A stretch of 64,000 nt of DNA from Burkholderiales bacterium (GTDB lineage: Bacteria > Pseudomonadota > Gammaproteobacteria > Burkholderiales > Burkholderiaceae_C), in the NCBI GenBank assembly GCA_003963075.1, contig RXJV01000016.1, positions 140 through 64,139 of the forward strand, given 5' to 3'. Positions 12,624-21,016 of the stretch are shown here, piece after piece. The notes beneath the pieces were generated by a model. It was not told the origin of the DNA. It did not search any database and saw only the letters and a program-made list of their open reading frames with translations. Position 1 is the first letter of the stretch. Each line of letters opens with the position of its first letter. The translations under genes were made by a program, and so were the position numbers.

Positions 12624-12637
12624 TTGACCACCGTCAA
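12624..12637. promoter_or_regulatory. FNR/FixK-type binding site
   Basis: TTGAC-CACC-GTCAA within the palindrome GTTTGAC-N4-GTCAAAC; centred 41.5 nt from the ATG at 12589, with a minus-strand -10 TACGCT at 12597-12602. Confidence 0.7.
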
Positions 12638-12784
12638 ACCGCGGCCACACGACCGATGGTCAGGGGACAGTCACCATCGGTTCACGCACTGTTACGCAGC
12701 GCGACCAAGCGATGCCGCGCATTGCTTCTCCGGTGTCACGGCCTGCCTAGCATGCCTTCCATCGATCCCCACACGGAGCAGCGC

Positions 12785-13546
12785 ATGTACACCCAGACCG
12801 CCCACACCTCAGCCGGCCACAGCCCAGCCCGTCGCCAGGCCTCGGGCGACCTGACCAGGGGCTGCGGTCAACGTGCGACCGAGTTGCTGCAGCTCATCGC
12901 CGCCGTGCTCGAACCCAAGCGCCGCGTCGTGCATGCCGGCGATGTGCTCTACCGCGCCGGCGAGCCGCTGACCAACCTGCACCTGCTGAATTCAGGCCTG
13001 TTCAAGCTGATCAGCCTGTCGGCGGATGGCCGCGAGCAGGTGGTCGGGCTGCGCTTTCGCGGCGACTGGCTGGGCTTCAGTGCGATCGCCGAGGGCCACT
13101 ATGCCTGCGAGGCGATTGCGATGGACACCGGCGAGGTCTGGACCGTGCGCTACGAAGCCCTGCTGCAGGCCTGCAGCCGCCACCCCAAGCTGATGGCCCT
13201 CGTGCACGAGGCCATGAGCCACGAGATCGTGCGCGACCGCGACACGCTGATCGCCCTGTGCACGCTGCCGGCAGACGCGCGGGTCGTGGCCTTCCTGCAG
13301 TACTGGGCGGCTTCGCTGGCCGCGCGCGGCCTGCGCTCCGATCAGATCAGCCTGCGCCTGACCCGCGCCGAGATCGGCAACTACCTGGGCCTGACGCTGG
13401 AGACGGTCAGCCGGGTGCTCTCCAAGCTGGCACGGGCCCGGCTTATCGCCTTCAACGAAAAGAGCCGCCGGGACATCTGCATCCCGGACTTCCACGCGCT
13501 CGACGCCTTCGTGCAACGCCGCGAAGCCGGTGTCGGCCTGCACTGA
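12785..13546 (+). CDS. Crp/Fnr-family transcription factor, FixK-like (no Fe-S cysteine cluster)
   Basis: cNMP-like domain (DGREQVVGLRFRGDWLGF), HTH LTRAEIGNYLGLTLETVSRVLSKL; GGAG RBS before ATG 12785. Confidence 0.9.
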   Translation: MYTQTAHTSAGHSPARRQASGDLTRGCGQRATELLQLIAAVLEPKRRVVHAGDVLYRAGEPLTNLHLLNSGLFKLISLSADGREQVVGLRFRGDWLGFSAIAEGHYACEAIAMDTGEVWTVRYEALLQACSRHPKLMALVHEAMSHEIVRDRDTLIALCTLPADARVVAFLQYWAASLAARGLRSDQISLRLTRAEIGNYLGLTLETVSRVLSKLARARLIAFNEKSRRDICIPDFHALDAFVQRREAGVGLH

Positions 13547-13579
13547 GGCCGCGGCGCTCCGTCAGCGCTCCGTCGGCGC

Positions 13580-15664
13580 TCAGTCCGCGCCCGACAGCGC
13601 CCGCACAATGGCCTGGCCAAGTTCGGCGCGCGAATAGGGCTTCTGAAGCAATTCCCAACCGGGCGGCGAGTCCCGATCGGCATCCAGCAGCTCCACGGAG
13701 AAGCCGGACATCAGCAGGATGCTCAAGCCGGGCAGGCGCGACTGCGCGATGCTGGCCAGTTCGGTGCCGCGCATGCCGGAGCCGAGCGCGATGTCGGTCA
13801 GCAGCAGTTGGAAGGCCGCCCCAGGCGCCAGCAACAGCAACGCCTGCTCGGCACTGGCACAGGCGGTAACCTCGCAACCCAGCGTCGCGAGGAACTGCTC
13901 GGCGACCGAGCGCACCTCTGCATCGTCCTCCACCATCAGCACCCGCAGCCCCTGGGGGATGCCATCGGCGGCGGCAGGGTGGGCATCGGCGGCATCCGGC
14001 TCGCCCCAGGGCCTCGGCAGATACAGCGAGATCGTGGTGCCCACACCCGGAGCCGACTCGATCGCCACCGCACCGCGCGATTGCTTGACGAAGCCGTAGA
14101 CGGTGCTGAGCCCCAGGCCGGTGCCGCGCCCGGACTGCTTGGTGGTGAAGAAGGGCTCGAAGGCTCGCTCCCTGACCTCCTCCGACATGCCCGACCCGGT
14201 GTCGGAAATCGCGATGCACAGGAAGCGATCATCCTGGGCGCTGGGATCGTCGATCTCGCGACGCACCCGCGCCGGCAGCCGGCCGGCCAGGCCGACGACG
14301 AAGCGCAGCGAGCCGCCGTCGGGCATGGCGTCGCGTGCATTGATGGCGATATTGAGCAGCGCGGCTTCGAGCTGGCCCGGGTCGGCCTGCACGGTGGCAT
14401 AGGGGTCTTGCAGGTCAACGCTGATGGCGATGCGTTGGTCCAGCGTGCGCCTGAGCATGTCGGCCAGCGAATGCAGCATCCCGCCGACGTCGACCGCGGT
14501 CGGCTGCAGCACCTGACGCCGCGAGAACGCGAGCAGCTTGCTGGTCAGCTCGGCACTTCGCCGCGCCGCGCGGGTCGCCGCGCCGACGAGCTGCTGACCC
14601 AACGCGTCGCTGGCCAGGGACGGCAACTCCTCAAGCACCTGCAGATTGCCCTGGATGACGGTCAGCAGGTTGTTGAAGTCATGGGCGATGCCCCCGGTCA
14701 GTTGCCCGACGCTCTCCAGCCGCTGAGCATGCTTGAGCGCCTCCTCGCTCTGGGCCCGCTGCAGGCAGGTGGCGAGCAGGTTGGCCAGCGACTCCAGGAA
14801 GCGCGTGTCATCGCTGTTGAAGTGCGACGCTTCGCGCGACAGGGCCGTCAGCACGCCAACGACCCGGCCACGGTCGGTCAACGGCACCGCCAGCGCGCTC
14901 GCCACGCCGGCATCGTGCCAAGCCTGGGGAAGCTCGAAGCCCGCCGCCTGGTGCAGTTCATTGACGATGAGCGGCTGCCCCTGCAACAGCACCCGCCCGG
15001 CCCAGGTGTCGGGGCGGTTGGGCGTCAGGCTGCCGACCGGCGCACCGTCCATGTCGCCCGAGCGGCTCACCACACGGAAGGCCAGGCGGTCCGGCTCCAG
15101 CAGCTTCACGCTCGCGAACTCCACTTCCAGCGCCTGTGTCGCCACCGTGGGTGCACGCAGCAGCAGCCGCTGCGGGTCCCGTTCATCCACCGCGCTGCGG
15201 CCGAGCTGTGCAAGGTGTTCGCTGTGGCGCGCCCGCCGCAAGGCCTGCTTGACCCGCGGATAGGCGCCAATGTCCCGGATGGCCGCGACGACAAAGGGCA
15301 GGCCCTGGCTCTGCAGTGGGCTCAACGCGATCTCGACCATGACCTCGCTGCCGTCGCCGCGCCGGGCGACGAGCTCCATCTGCGTACCCATGGGCCGTGT
15401 ACGCGGCGCCTGGCCATAGGCTTCACGGTAGGCCGCATGGCGCGGGCGGATGCTGTCGGGCACCAGGGCATCCACGCTCAGGCCGGCCAGGGCCTGAGGC
15501 GTGTAGCCCAGCAACACCGCGGCAGCCGGATTGGCCAGCGCGATGTGGCCGTTCGCGTCCACCAGCAGCAAGGCATCGGGGCAGGCCGCGAACAGCGCGC
15601 GGTAAACCGCTGGATCGTCCGCCGGCTGCGGCAACGCGGATGGCGGCACGCCGGTCGGCTGCAT
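13580..15664 (-). CDS. Hybrid sensor histidine kinase PAS-GAF-HisKA-HATPase-REC with a FixL-like PAS domain
   Basis: PAS LVPDSIRPRHAAYREAY..RPMG..RRGDGS; H-box GGIAHDFNNLL; NARDAMPDGG, FFTTK, GTGLGL; C-terminal receiver VEDD..LTDI..QKPY. Confidence 0.92.
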   Translation of the reverse strand: MQPTGVPPSALPQPADDPAVYRALFAACPDALLLVDANGHIALANPAAAVLLGYTPQALAGLSVDALVPDSIRPRHAAYREAYGQAPRTRPMGTQMELVARRGDGSEVMVEIALSPLQSQGLPFVVAAIRDIGAYPRVKQALRRARHSEHLAQLGRSAVDERDPQRLLLRAPTVATQALEVEFASVKLLEPDRLAFRVVSRSGDMDGAPVGSLTPNRPDTWAGRVLLQGQPLIVNELHQAAGFELPQAWHDAGVASALAVPLTDRGRVVGVLTALSREASHFNSDDTRFLESLANLLATCLQRAQSEEALKHAQRLESVGQLTGGIAHDFNNLLTVIQGNLQVLEELPSLASDALGQQLVGAATRAARRSAELTSKLLAFSRRQVLQPTAVDVGGMLHSLADMLRRTLDQRIAISVDLQDPYATVQADPGQLEAALLNIAINARDAMPDGGSLRFVVGLAGRLPARVRREIDDPSAQDDRFLCIAISDTGSGMSEEVRERAFEPFFTTKQSGRGTGLGLSTVYGFVKQSRGAVAIESAPGVGTTISLYLPRPWGEPDAADAHPAAADGIPQGLRVLMVEDDAEVRSVAEQFLATLGCEVTACASAEQALLLLAPGAAFQLLLTDIALGSGMRGTELASIAQSRLPGLSILLMSGFSVELLDADRDSPPGWELLQKPYSRAELGQAIVRALSGAD

Positions 15665-16461
15665 CAGCAGACCGGACCGACTGGCGGCACGAAGATGTAG
15701 CCAGCGCCGCGCACCGACTTGATGATCTGCGGGTTGGCCGCGTCCGATTCCAACTTGCGGCGCAGCCGCCCGATCTGCACGTCGATCGTGCGGTCGAACG
15801 GCCCGGCCTCGCGGCCACGCGTCTGCTCCAGCAGGAAGTCGCGTGAGAGCACCCGGCCCGGGTTCTGCGCCAGGGCCGCGAGCAGCTCGAACTCGCCGCT
15901 CGTGAGCCTCACCTCGACGCCATCCGGCCCGTCGAGGCGGCGCGCGGCCAGATCAAGCTGCCAGTCGAGAAAGCCGAGCCGGGAGCCACCGACCGACGGC
16001 AGTGCAGCCACGGGCCCGCCCGGGACCGGCGGCGTCGTGGTCGCAGGCGGCAGCAGGCGTCGCAGCACGGCTTTGATCCGGGCCACCAGTTCACGCAGGT
16101 CGAAGGGCTTGGTGACGTAGTCATCGGCCCCGACTTCCAGGCCCACCACCTTGTCGACCGCATCGCCCCGACCGGTGATGATGACCAGGCCGCAGCGCCA
16201 GTGTTCGCGCAGCTGTCGCGCGATCGCGAAACCGTCCTCCCCGGGCAAACCAAGGTCCAGCAGCACCAGTTCGGGCGGGTCGACCGGCATCAGCGTCATC
16301 AACGCCCGGCCCGAGTGGAGCTGCGTGACCCGAAAGCCCTGCAGCCCCAGGTAGCCGGCCAGCAATTCGGTGATCGCCGACTCATCATCGACAACGGCAA
16401 TATGCTGGGAGGTCAAGCGTTGCTCAGCTGAAGCGTTATGGCGGTGCGACGATTTTGTCAT
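15664..16461 (-). CDS. OmpR/PhoB-family response regulator
   Basis: AVVDDES, VLLDLGLPGEDG, TKPFDLRELVARI, winged helix RTIDVQIGRLRRKL; TGATG coupling to the kinase; true start may be slightly downstream. Confidence 0.92.
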   Translation of the reverse strand: MTKSSHRHNASAEQRLTSQHIAVVDDESAITELLAGYLGLQGFRVTQLHSGRALMTLMPVDPPELVLLDLGLPGEDGFAIARQLREHWRCGLVIITGRGDAVDKVVGLEVGADDYVTKPFDLRELVARIKAVLRRLLPPATTTPPVPGGPVAALPSVGGSRLGFLDWQLDLAARRLDGPDGVEVRLTSGEFELLAALAQNPGRVLSRDFLLEQTRGREAGPFDRTIDVQIGRLRRKLESDAANPQIIKSVRGAGYIFVPPVGPVC

Positions 16462-16720
16462 CGATCGAACGGATGTCGGACGACGTCCGAGCCGTCGCTG
16501 ACGGCGGGGCGTCGGCGACGGCGGTCACGGCGCCAGGGCCTGCATTGGCGGCATGTTCGCGTGGGCGCCCGATGGCCAAAGCCAGTTGCCAGAGCCAGTT
16601 GGCCATCCGGCCGCCAAAGCCGGCCGGATGGCCAAGCCTCACTGCGGCGCTGCGCGGTCGCCAAAGAAAAACAGGTTAGTGCCTGGCGGCACTAACCTGT
16701 CGATCCATTTCTTGTTTTTC

Positions 16721-16797
16721 TGGCGCGGCTGGCAGGATTCGAACCCACGACCCCTTGGTTCGTAGCCAAGTACTCTATCCAACTGAGCTACAGCCGC
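16721..16797 (-). tRNA. tRNA-Arg (ACG)
   Basis: GCGGCTG/CAGCCGC acceptor stem, D-loop AGTTGGATAGA, anticodon arm CTTGG-CTACGAA-CCAAG, T-loop GGTTCGAATCC, encoded CCA. Confidence 0.98.
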
Positions 16798-16808
16798 TGA
16801 AGCCTCTC

Positions 16809-16837
16809 AGTATAACCAGATTTTCGAGCCCCGCCAA
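16809..16837 (-). promoter_or_regulatory. Sigma-70 promoter of tRNA-Arg
   Basis: Minus strand TTGGCG-N17-TATACT ending 11 nt before the tRNA 5' end. Confidence 0.65.
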
Positions 16838-16892
16838 AGACTTCGACAAATTTTTGAAACACGCCCAGCTGGCGGACCGCCACCGCGCCCAA

Positions 16893-18140
16893 TCAGGGCA
16901 CGCGCGCCGCCGACTCATAGCATCGGGCTCGACGCGGCTCGTCACCCTCCTGCTCCGCCAGCGCCGCAAGCGCCAGCCAGCTGCGCCGCCGAGCCGGGCC
17001 GGGCATGGTGGTGTCTTCGGCAACAGCCTCCAGCATCAGGCGCGCCTTGCCCCACAGCTGCCGTTCGGCCAGGGCGTGGCCCAGGGCATAGGCCAGCGCA
17101 CGCTCGCGCGGGAAACGCGCCTGGGCCACTTCGAGGCGCTGCAACCAGTCGGGCCCGCAGCCGGCCAACACAGGCACCAACGCATTCGCGATGGCCGCCC
17201 GGTCATCGGCCTGGATCTCTCCCAAGTCGTCAAAGAACGGGCGCAGCCAGCCACGCCCGTCATCTGGGGCGCCCAGCTGCGCGGCACATTGCGCGGCACG
17301 CGCGGCAACCATGGGATCACGCCGATCGGCCGGGTCAAGCTGCTGCCAGACGGAGCGAAGCTGGTCGACATCACGCGCGCCATCCAGCGCTTCAAAGGCC
17401 AGCGAGCGCAGCAGGCCCTGAGCCGCCGCCTTCGAAAAGGCCTGGTGCTTGGCCAGCAAGCGTGCCGTGCGCAAAGCGTCCAGGGGCTGACGCGCCAACC
17501 GCGATGCCTGCAGGCGCAGGCGCAGGGCTTGAGTGCGTCGCGCGACCCCGGGCGCCAGTTCCCCGAGCAGGCTGAGGGCGCGCGACGCGTCGCGGTCGTC
17601 CAGCGCCCACTCGGCGGCGAGCAATCGGGCGCCATCTTCCTGGGCCCGAGCGCCGCCGGCGCGGCGGGAGAGTTCGAGCGCCCGGTTCAGCTGCTCGTCG
17701 CGGCGGCGGCGGTCCTGCAGGCGGTGCGCGCTGGCGGCGGCCAACAGATGGGCCAGGGCCATGAAGGCTTGGTCCGCGGCGAGTTCGGGCGTCGCGGACT
17801 GGATGTTGAGCGCCCTCTGCGCGGCCTTCTGCGCCCGGCTGAAGCGCGCACCGAAAAGCTCGACCAAGGCTTCGCGCAGCGCGAGCTGGGCGCTGCGCTC
17901 GCGCTGGGCCAGGCGCCATTCGCGAGCGCGCTTGGGCAGCGTCGTCAGGGACTCGATCGTCTGGATGACCGTGACAAGGACGAAACAGCTGCCGACCAGC
18001 AGCAGCAGGAAGAGGTTCAGCGAGATGTCGAGCCGCCAGCTCCTGAAATAAAAGCTGGCCAGCCCGTCGTTGGAGCCGAAAAACAGCGCCGACACCACCG
18101 CCAGAGCGAACAGCAGCACCAGCCAGATGACGAGACGCAT
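16893..18140 (-). CDS. hemY: HemY-family membrane/TPR protein
   Basis: Two N-terminal TM segments, TPR-like C-terminus (QLWGKARLMLE), follows hemX. Confidence 0.85.
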   Translation of the reverse strand: MRLVIWLVLLFALAVVSALFFGSNDGLASFYFRSWRLDISLNLFLLLLVGSCFVLVTVIQTIESLTTLPKRAREWRLAQRERSAQLALREALVELFGARFSRAQKAAQRALNIQSATPELAADQAFMALAHLLAAASAHRLQDRRRRDEQLNRALELSRRAGGARAQEDGARLLAAEWALDDRDASRALSLLGELAPGVARRTQALRLRLQASRLARQPLDALRTARLLAKHQAFSKAAAQGLLRSLAFEALDGARDVDQLRSVWQQLDPADRRDPMVAARAAQCAAQLGAPDDGRGWLRPFFDDLGEIQADDRAAIANALVPVLAGCGPDWLQRLEVAQARFPRERALAYALGHALAERQLWGKARLMLEAVAEDTTMPGPARRRSWLALAALAEQEGDEPRRARCYESAARVP

Positions 18141-18153
18141 GCTCAGCGCCCCT

Positions 18154-19290
18154 TCACCGACCGGCCGCGGCCGCGGACAGGGCAGCCAGGGTGTCATCGG
18201 GCCGCGGCACGATGATCTGACGCGCCTGGCCTGCCACCTGACGCAGCAGTTCCGTCACGCCGACGACCTTGCGCGAGCGCGTGTCGAAATAGCGGTTCAG
18301 CATGTCCTGGCAGTCGCGCAGGTCGGACTGCGCCGTGTCGAACTGGCGGCTCAACAGGGCCAGCCGGGCATTCAACAGGCGCAGCTTGAGGTTCTCACGC
18401 AGGAAGAAGCTCTGGTCGGGCGAGATCAGCGCCGCCTCGGGATGCTCGATGCGGGAAACACGCAGCAGCGTGCGCGCCTCGCCCCAGATGAGGCCCGTCC
18501 AGCTCGACAACTGCTGCGTGGCCTGCCACCACCACAGCGCCAGCGTGCCGTCGGCCGCCGCAGCGGCCTGCTCGCGTTGCAACCTGAGCGCCCGCTCGCG
18601 GTCCTTGCCGACGGTATCGCTGCTGCGCTCGTCGCGCGGGCGCGCGACCGCCTCGTGGCCTGACACTAGCGGCAGCTCGTCGGCCATGCGCACCACTTCG
18701 TCGAGCTTGATGGTCAGCGTCGACACGTCGACCACGGCCACGGCCTTGACGCGGTCCAAGTCACGCGCGGCGGCGCGACGCACGCCTTCCATGCGGGGCT
18801 GCTTGTAGCGCTGCAGGCGTTCGTCGGCCTGCTTCAGCGTGGCCACCAGCGGCTCCGCGCTGCCGGTGATCTGCGCCTGCTGCATCGCGACCCGGATGGA
18901 GGCCTCAATGTCGCCAACGACGTTTTCGTCCCGCGAGCGCGACATGGACTGGATGAGTTCCTCCAACTGGCCGCGCTGCAGCGCCACCTCGGCCAGGCGC
19001 GCGTCCAGCAGCGAGACCTTGGCCGCCGTGTCCCGCACCAGCTCGGCGGACTGCTTGGCAGCCAGCCGCGCCTCGGTGGACTCGGCCTGGCTGGCCTCCT
19101 GACGACGCACCAGCTCCTGCTCCAGCGACTGCTGGCGCGACAGGCTTTGCCAGGCCAGCACGACGCACAGCAGCACGGCCACGCCCATCAGGGCCAGCAG
19201 CCATGGCAGCCATCCCGGCAGGGTCGGAGGGTTGGGGGGCGGCGGGGCCACAGGCTCGGCCGCGGGGACAGCGGAAATCGGCTCACTCAC
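18154..19290 (-). CDS. hemX: HemX-family protein
   Basis: N-terminal TM, coiled coil, FFLRENLKLRLLNARLALL, YFDTRSR; lies between hemD and hemY. Confidence 0.85.
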   Translation of the reverse strand: MSEPISAVPAAEPVAPPPPNPPTLPGWLPWLLALMGVAVLLCVVLAWQSLSRQQSLEQELVRRQEASQAESTEARLAAKQSAELVRDTAAKVSLLDARLAEVALQRGQLEELIQSMSRSRDENVVGDIEASIRVAMQQAQITGSAEPLVATLKQADERLQRYKQPRMEGVRRAAARDLDRVKAVAVVDVSTLTIKLDEVVRMADELPLVSGHEAVARPRDERSSDTVGKDRERALRLQREQAAAAADGTLALWWWQATQQLSSWTGLIWGEARTLLRVSRIEHPEAALISPDQSFFLRENLKLRLLNARLALLSRQFDTAQSDLRDCQDMLNRYFDTRSRKVVGVTELLRQVAGQARQIIVPRPDDTLAALSAAAAGR

Positions 19291-19306
19291 AGTGCGCCAG
19301 ATTCTG

Positions 19307-20053
19307 TCAGAGGCGTTTCAGGGCCTGAGTCACCGCTTCAGGGTCCGGTCGCGCCAAAACCACAGGCTCGAAGCCAGCGACCGAGGCCGCCTCGCCGATG
19401 CGCGGATGCGTGGCGATCGCGCGCTGCCCGCTCAGGCCCAGGCTGCGCAGATGCCCGACGGCCTCCGCGCTGCTGAACAGCCAGACAAAAGCCGCCGGTT
19501 CGGCCCGGACCGCGTCCAGCAAGGCCTGCTCGGCGACGCTGAAGCAGGGTCCCGCACGGTGATAGACCGTTACCGCCTCCACCTGGGCGCCGCATTCGGC
19601 AAGGCGTTCAGCCAGCCAATCGCGCCCGCCGTCGCCGCGCAGCAGCAGCACCCGGGCGCCGGCCCAGTTCCGCCGCTCAGACAGCTGCTCCCACAGATGT
19701 TCGGAATCCAGGCTCGCCGCCTGGGCCGCCGGCTGCACGACGGCAGCGGCCGGCACACCACGCGCCACCAGGGCCTGGGCGCTGCCGGGGCCCACGCAGG
19801 CGGCCAGCAGCTGCGCGGGCCAGCGGGCGCCGCCGGCATGCGCGAAGAATTGCTCCACCGCGTTGGGGCTGACAAATACCGCGAGGTCGACCCGATCGAG
19901 CGCTGCCCAGGCAGCACGCACCGGCACCGCGTCACGCGCCGGCAGGATCTCGATCAAGGGCAGCGCCGCCGCCGTCACACCGAGCTGGGCCAACCGGCCC
20001 AGCCAAGCCGCGCACTGAGGCCGCGGCCGCGTGACCAGCAGCGTCACGCTCAT
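19307..20053 (-). CDS. hemD: Uroporphyrinogen-III synthase
   Basis: [44 protein letters not shown]; ATGA overlap with hemC. Confidence 0.92.
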   Translation of the reverse strand: MSVTLLVTRPRPQCAAWLGRLAQLGVTAAALPLIEILPARDAVPVRAAWAALDRVDLAVFVSPNAVEQFFAHAGGARWPAQLLAACVGPGSAQALVARGVPAAAVVQPAAQAASLDSEHLWEQLSERRNWAGARVLLLRGDGGRDWLAERLAECGAQVEAVTVYHRAGPCFSVAEQALLDAVRAEPAAFVWLFSSAEAVGHLRSLGLSGQRAIATHPRIGEAASVAGFEPVVLARPDPEAVTQALKRL

Positions 20054-20976
20054 GCCGGCAGGTAGGCCCCGGCGCCAAGCTCGCGCAGGCCGGCGGCGAC
20101 TTGCTGGCCCAGGGCACGGGCGGCCGCCCCATCCCCCACCTCGGCGGCCATCGCAAAGCGCAGCAGCGGCGAGCCGTGGACCTCGGCATGCCCAAGCGCC
20201 GCGTCGAGCAGCAATCGGCTGCCCTGCCACCGCGCGTGCGCCGCCAGTGGCAGGCTGCAGCTGCCGCCAAGCGTCCGGGAGACGGCGCGCTCGGCCTCGC
20301 AGGCCAGCAGGGTCGGCGCATGGTTCAGCTGCAGCAAGGCCTCGCCGAGCGCGGCGGCGTCGGCGCGGATCTCCAGACCCAGCGCCCCCTGCCCCGCGCA
20401 CGGCAACATCTGCTCGACCTCGAAGACGCTGCGCACGCGCTCCCCCAGGCCCAGGCGCTTGAGACCGGCAGCGGCCAGCACGATGGCGTGGTAGCCGCCC
20501 TCATCGAGCTTGCGCAGCCGGGTATCGAGGTTGCCGCGCAGCGGCTCGACGCGCAGGTCGGGCCGCAGGTTCAGCAGCTGCGTCACGCGACGCAGGCTGG
20601 AGCTGCCAACGACGGCGCCCTCGGGAAGTTCGGCCAGCGACGCATAGTCGTTCGAGACGAAGGCGTCGCGCGGGTCTTCGCGCTCCAGCACGGCGGCGAG
20701 CATGAAGCCCTCCGGCAGCTCCATCGGCACGTCCTTCAGCGAGTGCACCGCGAGCTGGGCGCGCCCTTCGGCCAGGGCGGTCTCGAGCTCCTTGACGAAC
20801 AGGCCCTTGCCGCCGACCTTGGCGAGCGCGCGGTCGAGAATCTGGTCGCCGCGCGTCGTCATGCCCAGCAGCGTGGCCGTCAGGCTCAATTCGCTGGCAA
20901 GGCGGGCCTGCACATGCTCGGCCTGCCAGAGCGCCAGGCGGCTTTCGCGCGTCGCGATGGTGATGGAGGTGGTCAT
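20050..20976 (-). CDS. hemC: Hydroxymethylbilane synthase (porphobilinogen deaminase)
   Basis: [53 protein letters not shown]. Confidence 0.98.
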   Translation of the reverse strand: MTTSITIATRESRLALWQAEHVQARLASELSLTATLLGMTTRGDQILDRALAKVGGKGLFVKELETALAEGRAQLAVHSLKDVPMELPEGFMLAAVLEREDPRDAFVSNDYASLAELPEGAVVGSSSLRRVTQLLNLRPDLRVEPLRGNLDTRLRKLDEGGYHAIVLAAAGLKRLGLGERVRSVFEVEQMLPCAGQGALGLEIRADAAALGEALLQLNHAPTLLACEAERAVSRTLGGSCSLPLAAHARWQGSRLLLDAALGHAEVHGSPLLRFAMAAEVGDGAAARALGQQVAAGLRELGAGAYLPA

Positions 20977-21016
20977 GCCCGGATTATCGAGGCCGCGCCT
21001 GCCCCGTCAGCCGGAC

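Noticed and set aside
12095-12637. Functional argF/arcB call
   Set aside because: STRT, the catalytic Arg, HPxQ and the entire ornithine domain are missing
12656-13546. Canonical O2-sensing FNR
   Set aside because: Lacks the N-terminal Cys triad and the C122 equivalent
16601-16633. 13-bp perfect hairpin downstream of tRNA-Arg as an intrinsic terminator
   Set aside because: No U-tract on either strand; role unclear
11400-16720. Integrative island at tRNA-Arg
   Set aside because: No integrase and no duplicated tRNA 3' end found at the far side
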